Assembly: GCA_013239625.1 (NCBI GenBank)
Contig: MU057222.1
Coordinates: forward strand, 5,295,153-5,359,152
Direction of reading: 5' to 3'
Length of the DNA stretch: 64,000 nt
DNA from: Lama guanicoe
Lineage: Eukaryota
The notes under the pieces: generated by a model
What the model saw: the letters and a program-made list of their open reading frames with translations, nothing else
Told to the model about the DNA's origin: nothing
Databases searched by the model: none
Made by a program: the position numbers and the translations under genes
Shown: piece by piece, positions 12,441-25,329 of the stretch
Position numbering within the stretch: the first letter of the stretch is position 1
Layout: every line of letters begins with the position of its first letter

Positions 12441-15400
12441 TGATTAAACTCGGCAGATCAAGTGCACAAGCCTCATTTATTTCTGCTTCTTCCCCAAACC
12501 TCATCAAAATGATAGTAAAGAAATTAAAAATCATAAATAAATCCTACAAGGCAAAGAGTACTGGAAAGGAGTCAACACAGTCTGTTGTCAGCCAAATTCT
12601 GAAATATGGAAAGTGGACGGAAGGTTGGTAATTGACTTACCAGAGCTGAGACACTGAACCCTGGCCCTGTGGAGTGGAAGGCCAGCAGACAAGAAAGAAG
12701 CAGATTCAAGCCTCAGAACCAGGAAAAATTCAGGATTTGGAACACCCACCCCCCTCTCCCCGGGAATCTCGATAGGGGTGGAGGGATGGAGAAGAAAATA
12801 CGTTTGGTTGAAAAAACTGAGTAAGGAACCGTTAGAAGTCCATACAATCCCCTCCCTGCCCCGCCCCACACCCAAATGCACACACCCTCTCTCAACCAGA
12901 CTGAAACTAGAAGTTTATTTTCTGAAGAGAAGTGCTGGTCTCAGAACGGCAGGCAGAGCAGTGGGCAGAGAAGAGGCCATGTGCTGAAAGCAGACTTTTA
13001 AATGAGACTCAGTGGTCACTGGACCCCACCCCTCACTCTGCAGGGCTCCAGGACATTCACAGTCCCATTTGTGCTCCACAGAAAGGAAACTGGGGGATTC
13101 CACTCCAGGGAAACTGGCATGCCCACAGGATAAAGATATCAGGGCACAACATTTAGGGGACCCCTGAAATACCTGGCTTATTGCCCAAGCCCTTTTGTGA
13201 ACTCATGCACAGGAACTTCCATTCTGCTGTTCAGCACTGTTAAATATGAACATCAAGCTGAGGAAAGGCTCTGAAAGAGAGATTAGAACAACAGAAAAAA
13301 GACACTGAGAGGGAAAAGAGGCAGGGTGAGAAATGGAAGAAAACTTCAAGAAAACTATAATTGCTATATAACTTGAATGAAACTGTAATTACGATTCTCA
13401 AGAGAGATAAGAGAAGATATTGTAGCCACGAAACAAGAGAAATATGCTGTAAAAAGGTATCTGCAGAGAACAGGAAAGAACCACTGTAAATGAAAAATAC
13501 TATGACACATATTTATAAAACTCAAGAAATGGAGGATAAAGTTGAGAAAAATCTTCCATGAAATTAGAAGAAAAAGACAAGGTGGAAAAGAGGAATGAAA
13601 AGACAAGAACATTAGATAACCAATCAAATATCCAACACCTAAATGTTCCAGAAAATTGTGGGAAGGAAATTATCAAAGAAACAATACATTAACATTTCCA
13701 AAAACTGGAGGACACAAGTTACCAGATTCAAAGGGCCCACTGGGTATCCAGTACAACAAATAAAACATTTTTCATTCTGAAGTTATCAAGGTTATATGGT
13801 TAACTTGAACTTAAATGCTCCATCCAAAGAGGGAAAAAAATTGAGGTTGGAAATAGAAACCAGAAGACGAGGATCAGAAAATTGAGGATGCAAACCCACA
13901 ACAGAGGTGAAGGTGGTCCCGTAAAGATGGTGAAAGAAAATTCCAGGACAACAGCTGGTCAAGAAACCAATCAGTAGAGGCTGGAGCAGGGGACTCCAGG
14001 AAGGATGTTTTAAGAAGAAGTGAAGTAGACAGATTATCTGGTATGTTCTTGGGGAAAGCATTTATGATAGGTACATAGAAAATGGTAAATTTAAGACTGA
14101 AGTCATTATAATTTCAGGAAAAATAAAATGTTTGTATGAGAAAGGAAAAGTGGTCATCATACATTACATAGTTCAGCTGCGAGAAAAACTGACAGTCATA
14201 ATAAGGTAAACATTGCATATTGATTTCACCAAAACGATGATGTAATTAGTTTCAGAGGCTAATGAGCAAGAACATGTCAGTAGGATGATGGTAGATAAGA
14301 GAGCTAACTCCTCATTTTGTTTAGCAGGAAATCAATAATAAATGTCTGCTATGGAGATTTTAATAAATGGAAGAATTAGTATATTATTAGAAATATGGAA
14401 GTAAATACCAATCCGCCCCCCAAATAGTTCATTCATTCACTGAACAAATATTTACTGTGTGTCACCCACATGCCAGGGCCTGTTCTGGGCGTTTATTGTG
14501 AACAAAATACATTTTGAAGGAGGGAGACAGATAAACATCTTAACTTATAAATAAATATATAATGTCAGAGTGGAAAGTGCTACAAAGAAAAGGTAAGAAA
14601 GTACAGAGCAAGAGAGGAAGTCAGGAAGTTGTCTTTGAAGGTTTTTCAGGAGAGAGGTGATAAAATGAAGGAGGCAGCAGGGAGAATACATGCAGCAGGC
14701 ACAGCAGGTGCATACCAAAGGAGTGACAAAAGTTTCCGAGTCAGTGGTAGATCAGATCATCCTGAGCCTTATAGCTACTGTAAGGACTTTGGGTTTTGTT
14801 CTAAGTCAGATGGAAAGTCACTGGAAGACGTTAAGCAGAGAGAGAAAAAAAAAAAATCACTCTGGCTGCCCTGTGCAGAACAGGCAGCAAGAATGCAAGG
14901 GCAGAGGCAGGAGGGAGCTGTTGCCTCCTCATAGGCGAGAGGTGCTCCCTTGGGCTTGGTCAGCTGTGGTCGGGGGACTGAGAAAGCACTGAGTTTTGGA
15001 TACGTCACTGATGGTTTGGATGAGGCATGTGAGAAAAAGAGAGGAATCAAGGATGTCTCCTTTCATGGTCTGAATGACGTAGGGAAGGCTAGTGTTATTT
15101 AATGAAATGATGACCACTGAGGGAGGTGTAGATTTCAAGGAGGGGTGGGAATCACAGCGGACCATTTTAGGCATATTAAGATGACAAGAGGCATCCAAGT
15201 GGAAGTACAGATAGGTAGTGGGATATGCAAATCTAGTGTTTAGGGGAGATGATGAGGCTTGAGATACAACCTTGAGAGTCATCTGTTTCTAGATGGTATT
15301 TTAGACCACGAATAACTTACCTGAAAAAATGACACAAACAGTGAAGTAGAGAGGTGTGGGAACCAACAATGACACTGCATTTAGAGCTCAGGAAAGGAGA

Positions 15401-15530
15401 CTGAGAAGGGGTCAATGAGAGCCATTGCTCAGGAGGAAGCTCAGTTACAGGAGTGGGCGGTGTGGATGATCACTGCTTTTTGTTAAAAGCCACATGTATT
15501 ATTTGACTTCAAAAATAACACAGTTTATGA
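12441..15530 (+). mobile_element. HAL1-like element, interrupted by an L2
   Basis: ORF1-like segment GGAAGGAAATTATCAAAGAAACAATAC...CAGATTCAAAGGGCCCAC, HAL1-type 3' region GAAAATTCCAGGACAACAGCTG, and the 3' end resuming at about 15420-15530. Confidence 0.6.
14428..15420 (-). mobile_element. L2 (L2a-like) LINE fragment
   Basis: Starts with the reverse-complemented L2 tail TTCATTCATTCACTGAACAAATATTTACTG, followed by a purine-rich L2 body. Confidence 0.8.
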
Positions 15531-15540
15531 TAGATTGGGT

Positions 15541-16432
15541 TGTTGTAGCCAACTATTCACTTCCTCTTCAAATGGGAGTAAATGCTCACATGCTTTGCCT
15601 TGTGTTTTTGCAGCACTCTCGGTAGGAGGACTCGACCAGGGACTGACTGTGAATCACGGGATGTGGCTGGAAGTCATGATGTTCCCATCCCAAGTGGAGG
15701 CTTTAAGAAGCATCATATGTTTTGCTGTTACCTTGAGTGTCTGCCTTTTGCCGTGATAATAACAGGCCCCGTGGAATGGGCTGAATGGTGTCCCCCCTAC
15801 CAAAGATACACTCATCCGAACCCTGTACGTGTGACCTTATTTGGCAATGGGGTCTTTGCAGGTGTAATTACAGTAAGGATCTCAAGATGAGATCATACTG
15901 GATTATCCAGGTGGGCCCTACGTCCATTGACAAGTGTCCTTTTAAGAAAAAGGCAGGGGGAGATTTGAGACCCATGAGGCACACAGGAGAAGGGAATGTG
16001 AAGGCAGAGGCAGAGACTGGAATGAAACGTCTACAAGCCGAGGAAGACTAAGGACTGCCAGTGACTGCCAGAAGCAAGCAGAGAGGCATGGAACAGATTT
16101 CTCCCTCAGAGCCTCCAGAAAAGGCCAGCAACCCTGGCAACACCTTGATTTTGGGCTCCTGGCCTCCAGAACTGTGCAAGAATAAATTTCTGTTGTTTTC
16201 AGCCACCCAGTTTGTGGTAATTTGTTACAGCAGCACAGGAATCCAATATACCCCAGATCGTGACTGAGGAGACAGGAAGAGCTGTGTTGGGCCAGTGAGC
16301 CCGGCCAGGACCAGCCAAGCTGCTACTGCTACTGACCCAGGCCTGTGTGAAAGGAACAAGAAATTAGTGCTTGTTGTTGTAAGCCACTGAGATCTGGGAG
16401 CATTTTTTATCAAGAAAAAAGCTAACTAATAT
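15541..16432 (+). mobile_element. Old MaLR LTR (MLT1H/I/J-like), split by an MLT1C
   Basis: 5' half has GAGGCTTTAAGAAGCATCAT; 3' half has TTGTTGTAAGCCACTGAGAT...GCTAACTAATA. Confidence 0.6.
15770..16252 (+). mobile_element. MLT1C/D-like MaLR solo LTR
   Basis: GTGACCTTATTTGG...AAGATGAGATCATACTGGATT...GGCCTCCAGAACTGTG...AATAAATTTCTGTTGTTTT...TTTGTGGTAATTTGTTACAGCAGC. Confidence 0.85.
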
Positions 16433-16439
16433 ATATATA

Positions 16440-17440
16440 TAGAATTAGACTAAAGAAATTTAGTTAAACTAAAGAAAATTTGGCTACTTCAAGATGTAAA
16501 AACTTGTTCAACATAGTCACCCTATACAAAGTAAAAAGACAAGCCAAGAGAAGATGTGCCATGTATAAAGCAAAGGATTAGAATCTAGAATATCAAAGAA
16601 TGCCTGTAAATCAGTTGAGGCGGGTGTGGGAGGGAGCGAGAGAGAGACAGAGACAGAGAGACAGGGAGAGCAACCCAATGAAAAATGGAAACAGGAGGTA
16701 ACAATTCACAGAAGAAAAAATGCAAAGGCCAAACATGATGCTCAACCTCATTAGTAATCAGGAAAACGCAAGATAAAACGTTGACAAGAAAAAGGCACTT
16801 AATCTTGAAAAACTAAATGTTGTTGATAATGTATACATATTTTTTATAAGAAAGCATGTTTATAAGAAAGAAAAGAAAATACAAGAAATTCACTTTGTAG
16901 AGTGATCTGGCAACATCTAGTGACATTTAGCGTGTTAATTCCTTCTCCAGCAGTCCCATTTTTAGGTATATGCTCTTGGGAAACTCACATTCTTTAGCAA
17001 GGAGAATGTAAATATTGTCTGTAATAGCAGCACTACTGGCAAAAATCCCAACAGCAATCCATTGGGGAGAGGCTGTATAAACTATATATATAATGGAATA
17101 CTATACAGCAGCTAAAATGAATGAACTAGGTGTACTTGGATCTCAAAAACCAACTGTGTGAGGGGGGAAAAAGCAAGTTGCAATTGAAATGATTCTATTC
17201 ATATGAGTTACTTATAGATACATGCAACAGTAGACTAGAACCACATGGAATTCCACATAGTGGTTGCCCATAAGAAGGGAGAGAGAATAGTACTGGCCAT
17301 AAATCAAGGAACTTGAAATTTATTGCAATGTATAAAAGAAGATCTGAAGCAATTATGACAAAATTATTACATTTGATAATTATACAGAGCATGTACCCAG
17401 GTTCTGTATTATCCTTAAGATTTTTTTTTTAAAGAAAATG
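16440..17440 (+). mobile_element. Old L1 (L1ME-like) 3' end; probable continuation of 11060-12440
   Basis: ATGCTCAACCTCATTAGTAATCAGGAAA and ATAATGGAATACTATACAGCAGCTAAAATGAATGAACTAG. Confidence 0.75.
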
Positions 17441-18109
17441 ATGTACAGGTGAGAATTCTCTCCCCATGGCACTATTATCTGGTCACCGATGGGACACTGG
17501 GAAAGGCCATTGCCCTTCTTTGTCCTCAGACAAGCAGAGCACTTCACTTAGGGCCAGCCTGACTCACAGGAGAGGGGACTTGCCCTGAATGTGAAATCAC
17601 ATGTTTGTAGTAAGGCTTTGACACCACAGAAGCAATGTTACTCTTAATGGGCTAACATCTTAAGCTACAGCCTGTCTTAAAGTGTTTTATGAATAGGGTG
17701 TGGTTGAAGTGAGAGCCTGCACTGGTGGGGCACAGAAGGAAGAAAGAGGGGCTGGCCTCACAGGGCACCAAGTGGAGGAAGGGCATGGCTGGCTGGGTAA
17801 GGGTGATGGTCTGACAAAGTGAAAACAGAGCATGATCAGAGAAGACCCAGTGTGGATGGATGAAGGAGCATCTGAGACAAATGTTATCTTTCCCCACTTC
17901 TACCCAACAGGACTGGCCGATTCCCTTAGTCTCCGCGCAAGAAATTTGTGTCTATTTCTTGAGCGAGGGAGGGTAACTGATGGCACTGTGGCTTCCACTC
18001 TTCCTCAGTCGTTTCTGTTGGATTTGCGCTATCGTCAGAGAAAGCAAAATGGTTCAAGCCACGGGAAATTCCTCATGTCACTCGGAGCTGTAACTGGATT
18101 TTTCTTAGG

Positions 18110-20320
18110 TAGTTTTTGTTCATTCATTCATTCATTCAACCAACCTCTGAACATCTATTACCTGCAAGGCTTAGTGGTAGGTTCTGTGCCTTTTATAATC
18201 TTGTAAAAACACTGCACCTGCCTTTAAAGAACTGCCTTTCTAATTGGGAAGCTCAGGCATGTGCACAAGGTGGACTTTCAGGTGACAAGTGCTAAGACAG
18301 ACCCTTATGTTTACCAGCATGTTTACTCAGCTGTGTGTACCTCCTCTTCCTGCCCCAGGCTTAAGGAAGGCTGTCTGAAATCCAACCAACACCATGTGTT
18401 GAGACCTGGTGTCTCCTCCCAACCAGAAAACATATCTTCTGACATTTCAGGAAAAAAAAAAAAAACCCAATCTCATAATTGGCTTTGCATTGCAGGCATA
18501 CTTGTGAGGGGTGCAAATAAGAAAACATTTAAAATATTTGATCTATTTTGGGTGAGGTTCTGTAGCTTTGGCCTGGCAAAATGTCATCTGAGAGGCTGTC
18601 ATTCCTCTTAGGGGGCAGACTATTTTTAAGATCCTAAAAAAAGAGAAAACATATTTTCAGAAAGATAGTTGAGTCTGGTAATATATGGGGAAAGATGGCT
18701 GTTTGGAGGAAGCAAACTAACTATGCAACAGGGATGCACCTAACCACCGATCAAGCTATGCTGCAGGTTAATCACATCGTGTCCTGGAAAGAACGTATGT
18801 GAGACCTCAGATGTCTTTGCAACTTGTAAGCCTTTCAGCCACGTCTCACCTCTTGCTCTCTCTTGCCCTCAGTGCCCTCTGTCTACACACACTTCTAAGG
18901 CTCGGGGGAAAAACACCTTCGACTGTGTCTTGTTTCTTTTAGATTCACTCCTCTCTTTCCTTTCAGTGTTCAAGTACTCCAAATGATTCATTTATGATGC
19001 AGTCTCCCCCCCAGCCACTCTTCTTCCATGACCTCCCTTCTTCTCGGCCCCTGGACATTCTGACTGCAGCCCCTCCTACTTCTGAGCGGTCCTCTCTGTC
19101 ACTCCCGAGGAGCTGAACCCCACTGCCTCCCCGAGGCCCCGAGCCCACCTGGCTCTCTTGGACTCCCGTAGTTCCTGCCACTGGTGACCCGCCTGTGGTC
19201 TTACCTCTCTGGCCTGTTCCCACTTTGTCTTTCTTTTCCCTCAGTGTGGACAGCCCCTGTGCCCAGGCCTGATCTCTCTCTTAGAGAATAAGAACTCCTC
19301 CTCCACAGGGCAGATATAAGAATTAAATGAGAGAAAAGGTTGTGAAGTTGCTTTGTGAGCTAAATGGTTATTTATTTATTCATGGGGCAAACATTTATGA
19401 AGTACCTTCCCTGTACTGAAACTTTTCTCAGTCTTGGGAATATGATGACAGTGTGATAAGACACTGTACTGCCCCTTCCCATAAAGAGGTTTGCCTTTTG
19501 CTGGCAGACACATGGTCTGACAGAAGCGCAACACAGTGGGGCTATATTGTCATAAAAATTCTGTACAGTTAGGGTCACAGTGAGTATCCAGCGAGGGGGA
19601 GGTCATTTTTATCTTAGTGGGTTTTTTAAAATCTTATTTGTTCTCATGTTTCAACAACTACCTCTTCTGATATGAAAAATAAAAATACATATTTAGCCCT
19701 GATCCTTTCATCATGAATTCTCTCACTCAGAAATTTTCAATCATCTTACCACCAAAATAGTAAAGTCAAAACTTGGCTTGGCATTTTACAGTGATCCATG
19801 ATCATCCTGCCTCTTGCCTTCCCTCTGAGTCCCGCACAAACCACTCCCTCCCCAGCTCTGATCCTGCACCTTCTGCCTCAGTCACTTCAGTCATCTTGCT
19901 TCTCCCCCTTAACACTTACCTGAGCTCCAGACCCACCTGAAAGTCATCCCTAAAATATCAGCCCTCAATAAATAAGCCTTCTCAGAAGACCTACAGAACC
20001 TGCTGTCAGACCCACCCGTTTCCTATATATCCGTTACTGACTTGATTATTTGATTTGATTTAAATGTTTACATCCTAGATTAATTACTTAATGACTAACT
20101 GATTAATCAGTTGTTTAATTAGTAGTTAATTAATTAATAATGAACAAATATTTCTTGAGTGCCTGGTATGCACTGTCAAGTCTATTAAGTCCTAGTGACA
20201 TAGTGGTAAATAAGGCATAGGACTTTTAAAAATAGAGGCCTGATCTTAAAATTATGGGCCATATATTATGCCTATTTATACCCACTCCCCCTAGCACTGC
20301 CTTTTGGGGCCAGAATTAGA
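18110..20320. mobile_element. Cluster of L2 and MIR fragments
   Basis: L2 tails (CATTCATTCATTCAAC about 18120, about 19375, about 20140), a pyrimidine-rich L2 body at 18950-19250 and a MIR core at about 19300-19370. Confidence 0.55.
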
Positions 20321-21247
20321 AACACAAACAAAATATTAACACATCTTGACAAAAGCTATTTTTGTTCCACTGTATCCAAACCCAGGACCAAAACTGAGAA
20401 TTCATATCAGTGCTTGGGGAGCAGTGAGTGTGACTGGGTCTGGGCCAGGAACCCTGGAGTCTTGTTGTTGCTACCCTAATTAAGAGGTGCAGGTGGCTGG
20501 GGGAGGGGAACAAAGGACGATGGTCCTCCCACATGCCATGAATACCAGGCATACCTCCAACAGATCTATCCATGTATGGACTTTTGGGGACACTTGGTTC
20601 TCATGATTCTTCTGGAAGGCAGGCAAGTAACAGCCATAATAAAAATAACAGACAAATGGGTACAACTCGAGTTGATTTAGAAACTGGAGTGCCAACTTAC
20701 TATCTTAAAGTTACAATATATCTTGAGACAGAAAACTGAGATGGACATTTGAACCAAGACCATTTTCCAATGGGCAGCTCACCTCAGGACACAGAAGAGA
20801 GATATTAGGGAAAGTTTTGACCCAGAGCCCAGGTGGCTGGCTAATTTGGAGGGATGATTTCACTTCATCTGTGGTGGCTAATAAATTTCCCCTCTTTAGG
20901 AATATTTCTGTCTGAAGAATAAGACCCCACTGCTGGGAGAACTTCTCCTAAAACAGTATTAGAGGAATAGTAGCATATTCTTCTTTCTAAAGCTCTAAAA
21001 CACCAGGCTTCTCTTTGCCTGCCCTACTATCTATCTAGCATTCTTCCAAGTTACAGATCTTAATTTTATGTGTTATTTGTAATTGACTGTCTCCTTTTAT
21101 GCTATATGAATCTATGTTCTTAGAAATTATCTCCAGAGAAAGACCATCTCTGTATCTGTTAATCACTCTGTTGAATGGATAATTTCTGGGAAGTTTTCAT
21201 TTAAATTGATTATTCACAGTCTGTCTCCTTGTCTGTCTCTCTATGTA

Positions 21248-21250
<3 letters not shown>

Positions 21251-21290
<40 letters not shown>
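21251..21290. repeat. (AC)20 microsatellite
   Basis: Directly visible. Confidence 0.95.
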
Positions 21291-21292
<2 letters not shown>

Positions 21293-22039
21293 GCAAGTAC
21301 TCATTTCTGTATCACAGTACATGGTATAATGCCTAACACAAAATGTTATGGAATGAATAAATGAATTTTAGAGAATTCAGCTTTCTGATATTATTCCCAA
21401 ATTTGAGGGTTCTTCTTACTTTGGAAACTGTTAGCTAGGGGAGCTTTCAGCAACTCCCAGTCCAGCACTCTAACACTCGTCCCTTCCCTCAGAGAAAACC
21501 AGTGCTAGGGATTGGTCAAGTTCAAGGAGACTGATCGAGCTAATCTTCTAGGCACTAGGAGCTAAAGCCTTAGAGCAGATCTATTTGGGGCCAGATGATC
21601 TACCTCTACCAGACTGTAGCATGAAGGAGAGGTAGGGCTCCACTCTGGATAGCACATGGCCATTCCTCCCTTCTACTCCCTCTTCACATACTTCCTCTTC
21701 ATTTTCCTGGCTGGTGGGCTTTGGACTAGCCTTTCTTCCTCAATGGAGTGATAAAATCCAAGATTCAATTGTAGATTCAATTGTACTCCAGCCAAGCTCA
21801 CTTGGCAGATATCCTGGATTTAGGGCCAAGTCTCCAGCTAATAGGTGAAATGATACTTCACCCGACACTGGATTCTGGACATTATTTCCCTTGAGAAACT
21901 CAAAGAGAAGGGTGCCTGATGGTGGGGATCTAGTTTGGGTGTTCCCAGGTTCCTGCTAAATACCATCCCTTATAGTTTATGAATATGGTTTATAATCTGC
22001 AAAGACCTGGTTGCAAATATTTCAAAAGTAATAATAAGC

Positions 22040-22310
22040 CAAACACATAAATAATGATAACTATCTATATCTATCTATATACACAATGTATTATGTATTA
22101 ATTTATTTATACATAAATAATGTATTAATTTACTTATAATTTATGTATTAATTTAATATAATCATATATTACTCTAATATATCTATTATGTGTTAACATA
22201 TTTAATGCTTGAATAATTATAATGGAAGATTTTTAATACATTAAATATAATAATTTACAAAATAAATAAATTTACTTATTATTATATATTAATTTATTTA
22301 GCACTTTTAT
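22040..22310. repeat. AT-rich low-complexity tract
   Basis: Nearly all A/T, with degenerate TATTAATTTA units. Confidence 0.8.
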
Positions 22311-22379
22311 TCCAAATAACCATGCCACCCATGTTATCATCACTTCTGTCCTATATATACCCACAGAGTTAATTGGCAA

Positions 22380-22620
22380 ATGTTATATTTACTTATGGGA
22401 AGCAAAGAGAGGTTAAGAACCTGCCCTTAGAACACAGAAAGAGTAGAGATTATAAGTTAAGCAACCTTAATAAGTCATTTAAGCTGTCTGAGCTTTAGTT
22501 TTCTCATTTGTAAAACAGCTGCCTTGAGGAGTTATGACAATCAGATTGATTAATAAATGTGAACATGCCTTGTAACCTATTAAGAGGTACTTAACAATGA
22601 ATGATTATCATTATCAGCAC
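22380..22620. mobile_element. MIR fragments
   Basis: GTCATTTAAGCTGTCTGAGCTTTAGTTTTCTCATTTGTAAAA MIR core. Confidence 0.65.
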
Positions 22621-23647
22621 AGAACTGTGATTAAAGCCCAAGAGGCCTCCTGGCTGTCTGTTTTTAACTTTAAATTAATCTACTGCAAATTTTCTTCCTA
22701 TGAGATCTTGACTCTTGATAGATTACTGAACAGTGATTTTAGCAGCCACAGAACTTTTTCTGATACTTGTCATTCCAAAGAAATTGATGAAATTCTACTG
22801 TGCACAGAGAGAAAAACACTAAAGTTTTTCTTAAACGTCAGAATAAGATATCTTTTGGAAAACTGGACTGGGGCAAGGGGTTAGGGTGGGGAGAAGCAAA
22901 AATAAAACTTGCTTTCACAACATTCTCTTATTTCACTTCTGCCCACCGAAGGCAACCCATTCTCTTCTGATGATTGTGCATTTGGGGTATTGTATGTCTT
23001 CTTCCCAAGTTTCTAAGTACTGTTTTCTGTGCATGTACTTCCAGCCACATGGGGATATGTCTAATTCAGAGTCCCATGGGGATTTTTAAACAATCCTTGA
23101 TTTGGGGAATTTCCATGTGACATCAGTTTCATCTGTGTGAAAGGCCCTCTGGCTGGAAGAGAAGGGACTAGGAGAGGGTGCTGAGCTGAGTGACAGATAG
23201 CTGACTGTCTTGTGGGTTATTTTAAGTATATTTTCCAGGAAAAGAATGTCAAGCTCTATGTGAACTCTATTTTCTCACTGTCAACATGAGAAGAGCAATA
23301 AAGGCAGACTCCTTCCCAGCATCCCTATGAGAAACAATAAATAAATGTGATAAGAAACTGTTTCACAAAATAAAACATACTTTGAAGTAAAAAAAGCAGC
23401 CAGTCAGAATTCCACATGTAGCTGGAAATTGTTCCACATTTTAACCATTCAGTCTAATGGGTGGTAATCAGTAACCTCTCCACCCTCACATTCTTATAAT
23501 TGCTCACACACACACACACACACTCAGTAGGTGCTATGGATATTTTAAAGAAAGGAGAACTAACTTCATGTGTTTATAAATATATTCGGACTCATCCCAA
23601 ATGATCAGTTCATTTAAAGTTTAAATATATGTTAATTTTACTTATTC

Positions 23648-23649
<2 letters not shown>

Positions 23650-23711
<62 letters not shown>

Positions 23712-23719
23712 TATATATA
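23650..23719. repeat. Compound (TA)n(CA)n(TA)n microsatellite
   Basis: Directly visible; a shorter (CA)n is at about 23505-23523. Confidence 0.95.
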
Positions 23720-25329
23720 AAATCAAGTCATGTCAATAAGGCAGTCATCCCAGTTCTAAACTGAGACGGTTAGACTAGAAGATCTCAAGGCATTTTTTCA
23801 GTTCTAAGAATCTATGAGTCCAGGGGCTTTGACTTTGCATTATCTCACACATGCTTTAAGAAAGAACACATGCCAGTCTGAATAAGCCAGTATCACCAGC
23901 ATGTGCAAGACCTTTGCAGACAGTTTCTGGGTGGATAAATGCAGGCTACGCTTGCACCACTGAAGAGACTCTCTGTGCCACAAGTTTGACTGCAGATGCA
24001 AATCTTCCATTGTCAAGTAGATGCTCATGTCATTGTCAGTCCTAAGACTTGTGTGAATGCGCAAGCTATCATCCTATACAGCCCTTCTAAGAGAGTTTTG
24101 CTGTACACCATATTTTAAAAAGTCACAAAGGAGTTAATTTGAAAGCTTTTAAGAAAAGCTTTGAATAAGAACTCAGATCTAGAAACTTTAGAAGTCTCTG
24201 GGCTAATTTAATGAATAACCTTTGCAGTATGTGGAAGGAGGTCTTCAAGGGACACAGAGCTGCAGAGTCTACGTAACTACAATCAGTACACAGCAGATAG
24301 CAGGATAGTCAGAGTCAAGTGGCTCTTTCTAGTTAGAAAACTGCAGACAGAGAATGGGGGTCGGGGTGGGAGGAAGACAGTACTGTGAACTGCACAACTG
24401 CAGAGGGAGTCATCCCCATTCTATTCTATGTAGATAGTGCAGCCTGAAGAGAAGGAAGAGTAAGATGAATGTAATTTTCAATCAATTTGAACATATGGAA
24501 AGCAAATATGGACAATAAGATTTATACTTCAGGTTGTTTTTTTCTTTTAACCAATAACGAAATAACTAAGTCTTTAGGATTTATTTAAAATCCCAAAGAA
24601 AGAATTAAACTGACTCAAAGTTTTCTGGCTAAGGAAGCTGGATTCATGCCAAATTCTAATATCATACATCTTAAAGCAGTGAGAGCAAAACAGCAATTCT
24701 GAATGAAGTAAATCAGTAAAGTGCCTAGAAAAAAAGAAGTCACAAATAATGCTTTTTAAAGTTAAGCCTGGTATGAACTACATTCAGCCTGTAAATGTGC
24801 ATTGAGTGCCCAGTATTTGTTAGATTGTACTATCAGATGCATCCTGCATTTAGGGTTCTCACGGCCCCATGCAAAATCTCATATATTTATATCTTTGCAC
24901 TTTTGTTGCAAGTGTTCAGTTCATTTAAAGTTAAAAGATATATTAATTAATATGTAGTTAAATTAAGTTAAGAGTTTTTGAGTCAAGCACAATATTCAGG
25001 AAGAAATAAAACAAGTTGGCTGCTTAACTGGGACCAGGATCTTGTGTATAAGCAAAGTAAGCTCCACCAGTTCTCACTATATACTTATTAGAGTATCTAG
25101 ACAGGGGTCTTCAATGTGGGCGCTTTATAAAGACGACAAATGAATTATTGAGACTGACTGAGACTTCTTTCAGAAGTGAGAACTCCATACAGTTTATAAC
25201 ACATAGTTTTACTAATATGAAGTTGTATACTATGAATTAAAGTCAACATAGAGTGGATTTTTATTTAATCTCAAACTCTCAGTTACTAATAGATAGTGAT
25301 AAATCTCGTGCAGATAAATGAATATTTGC

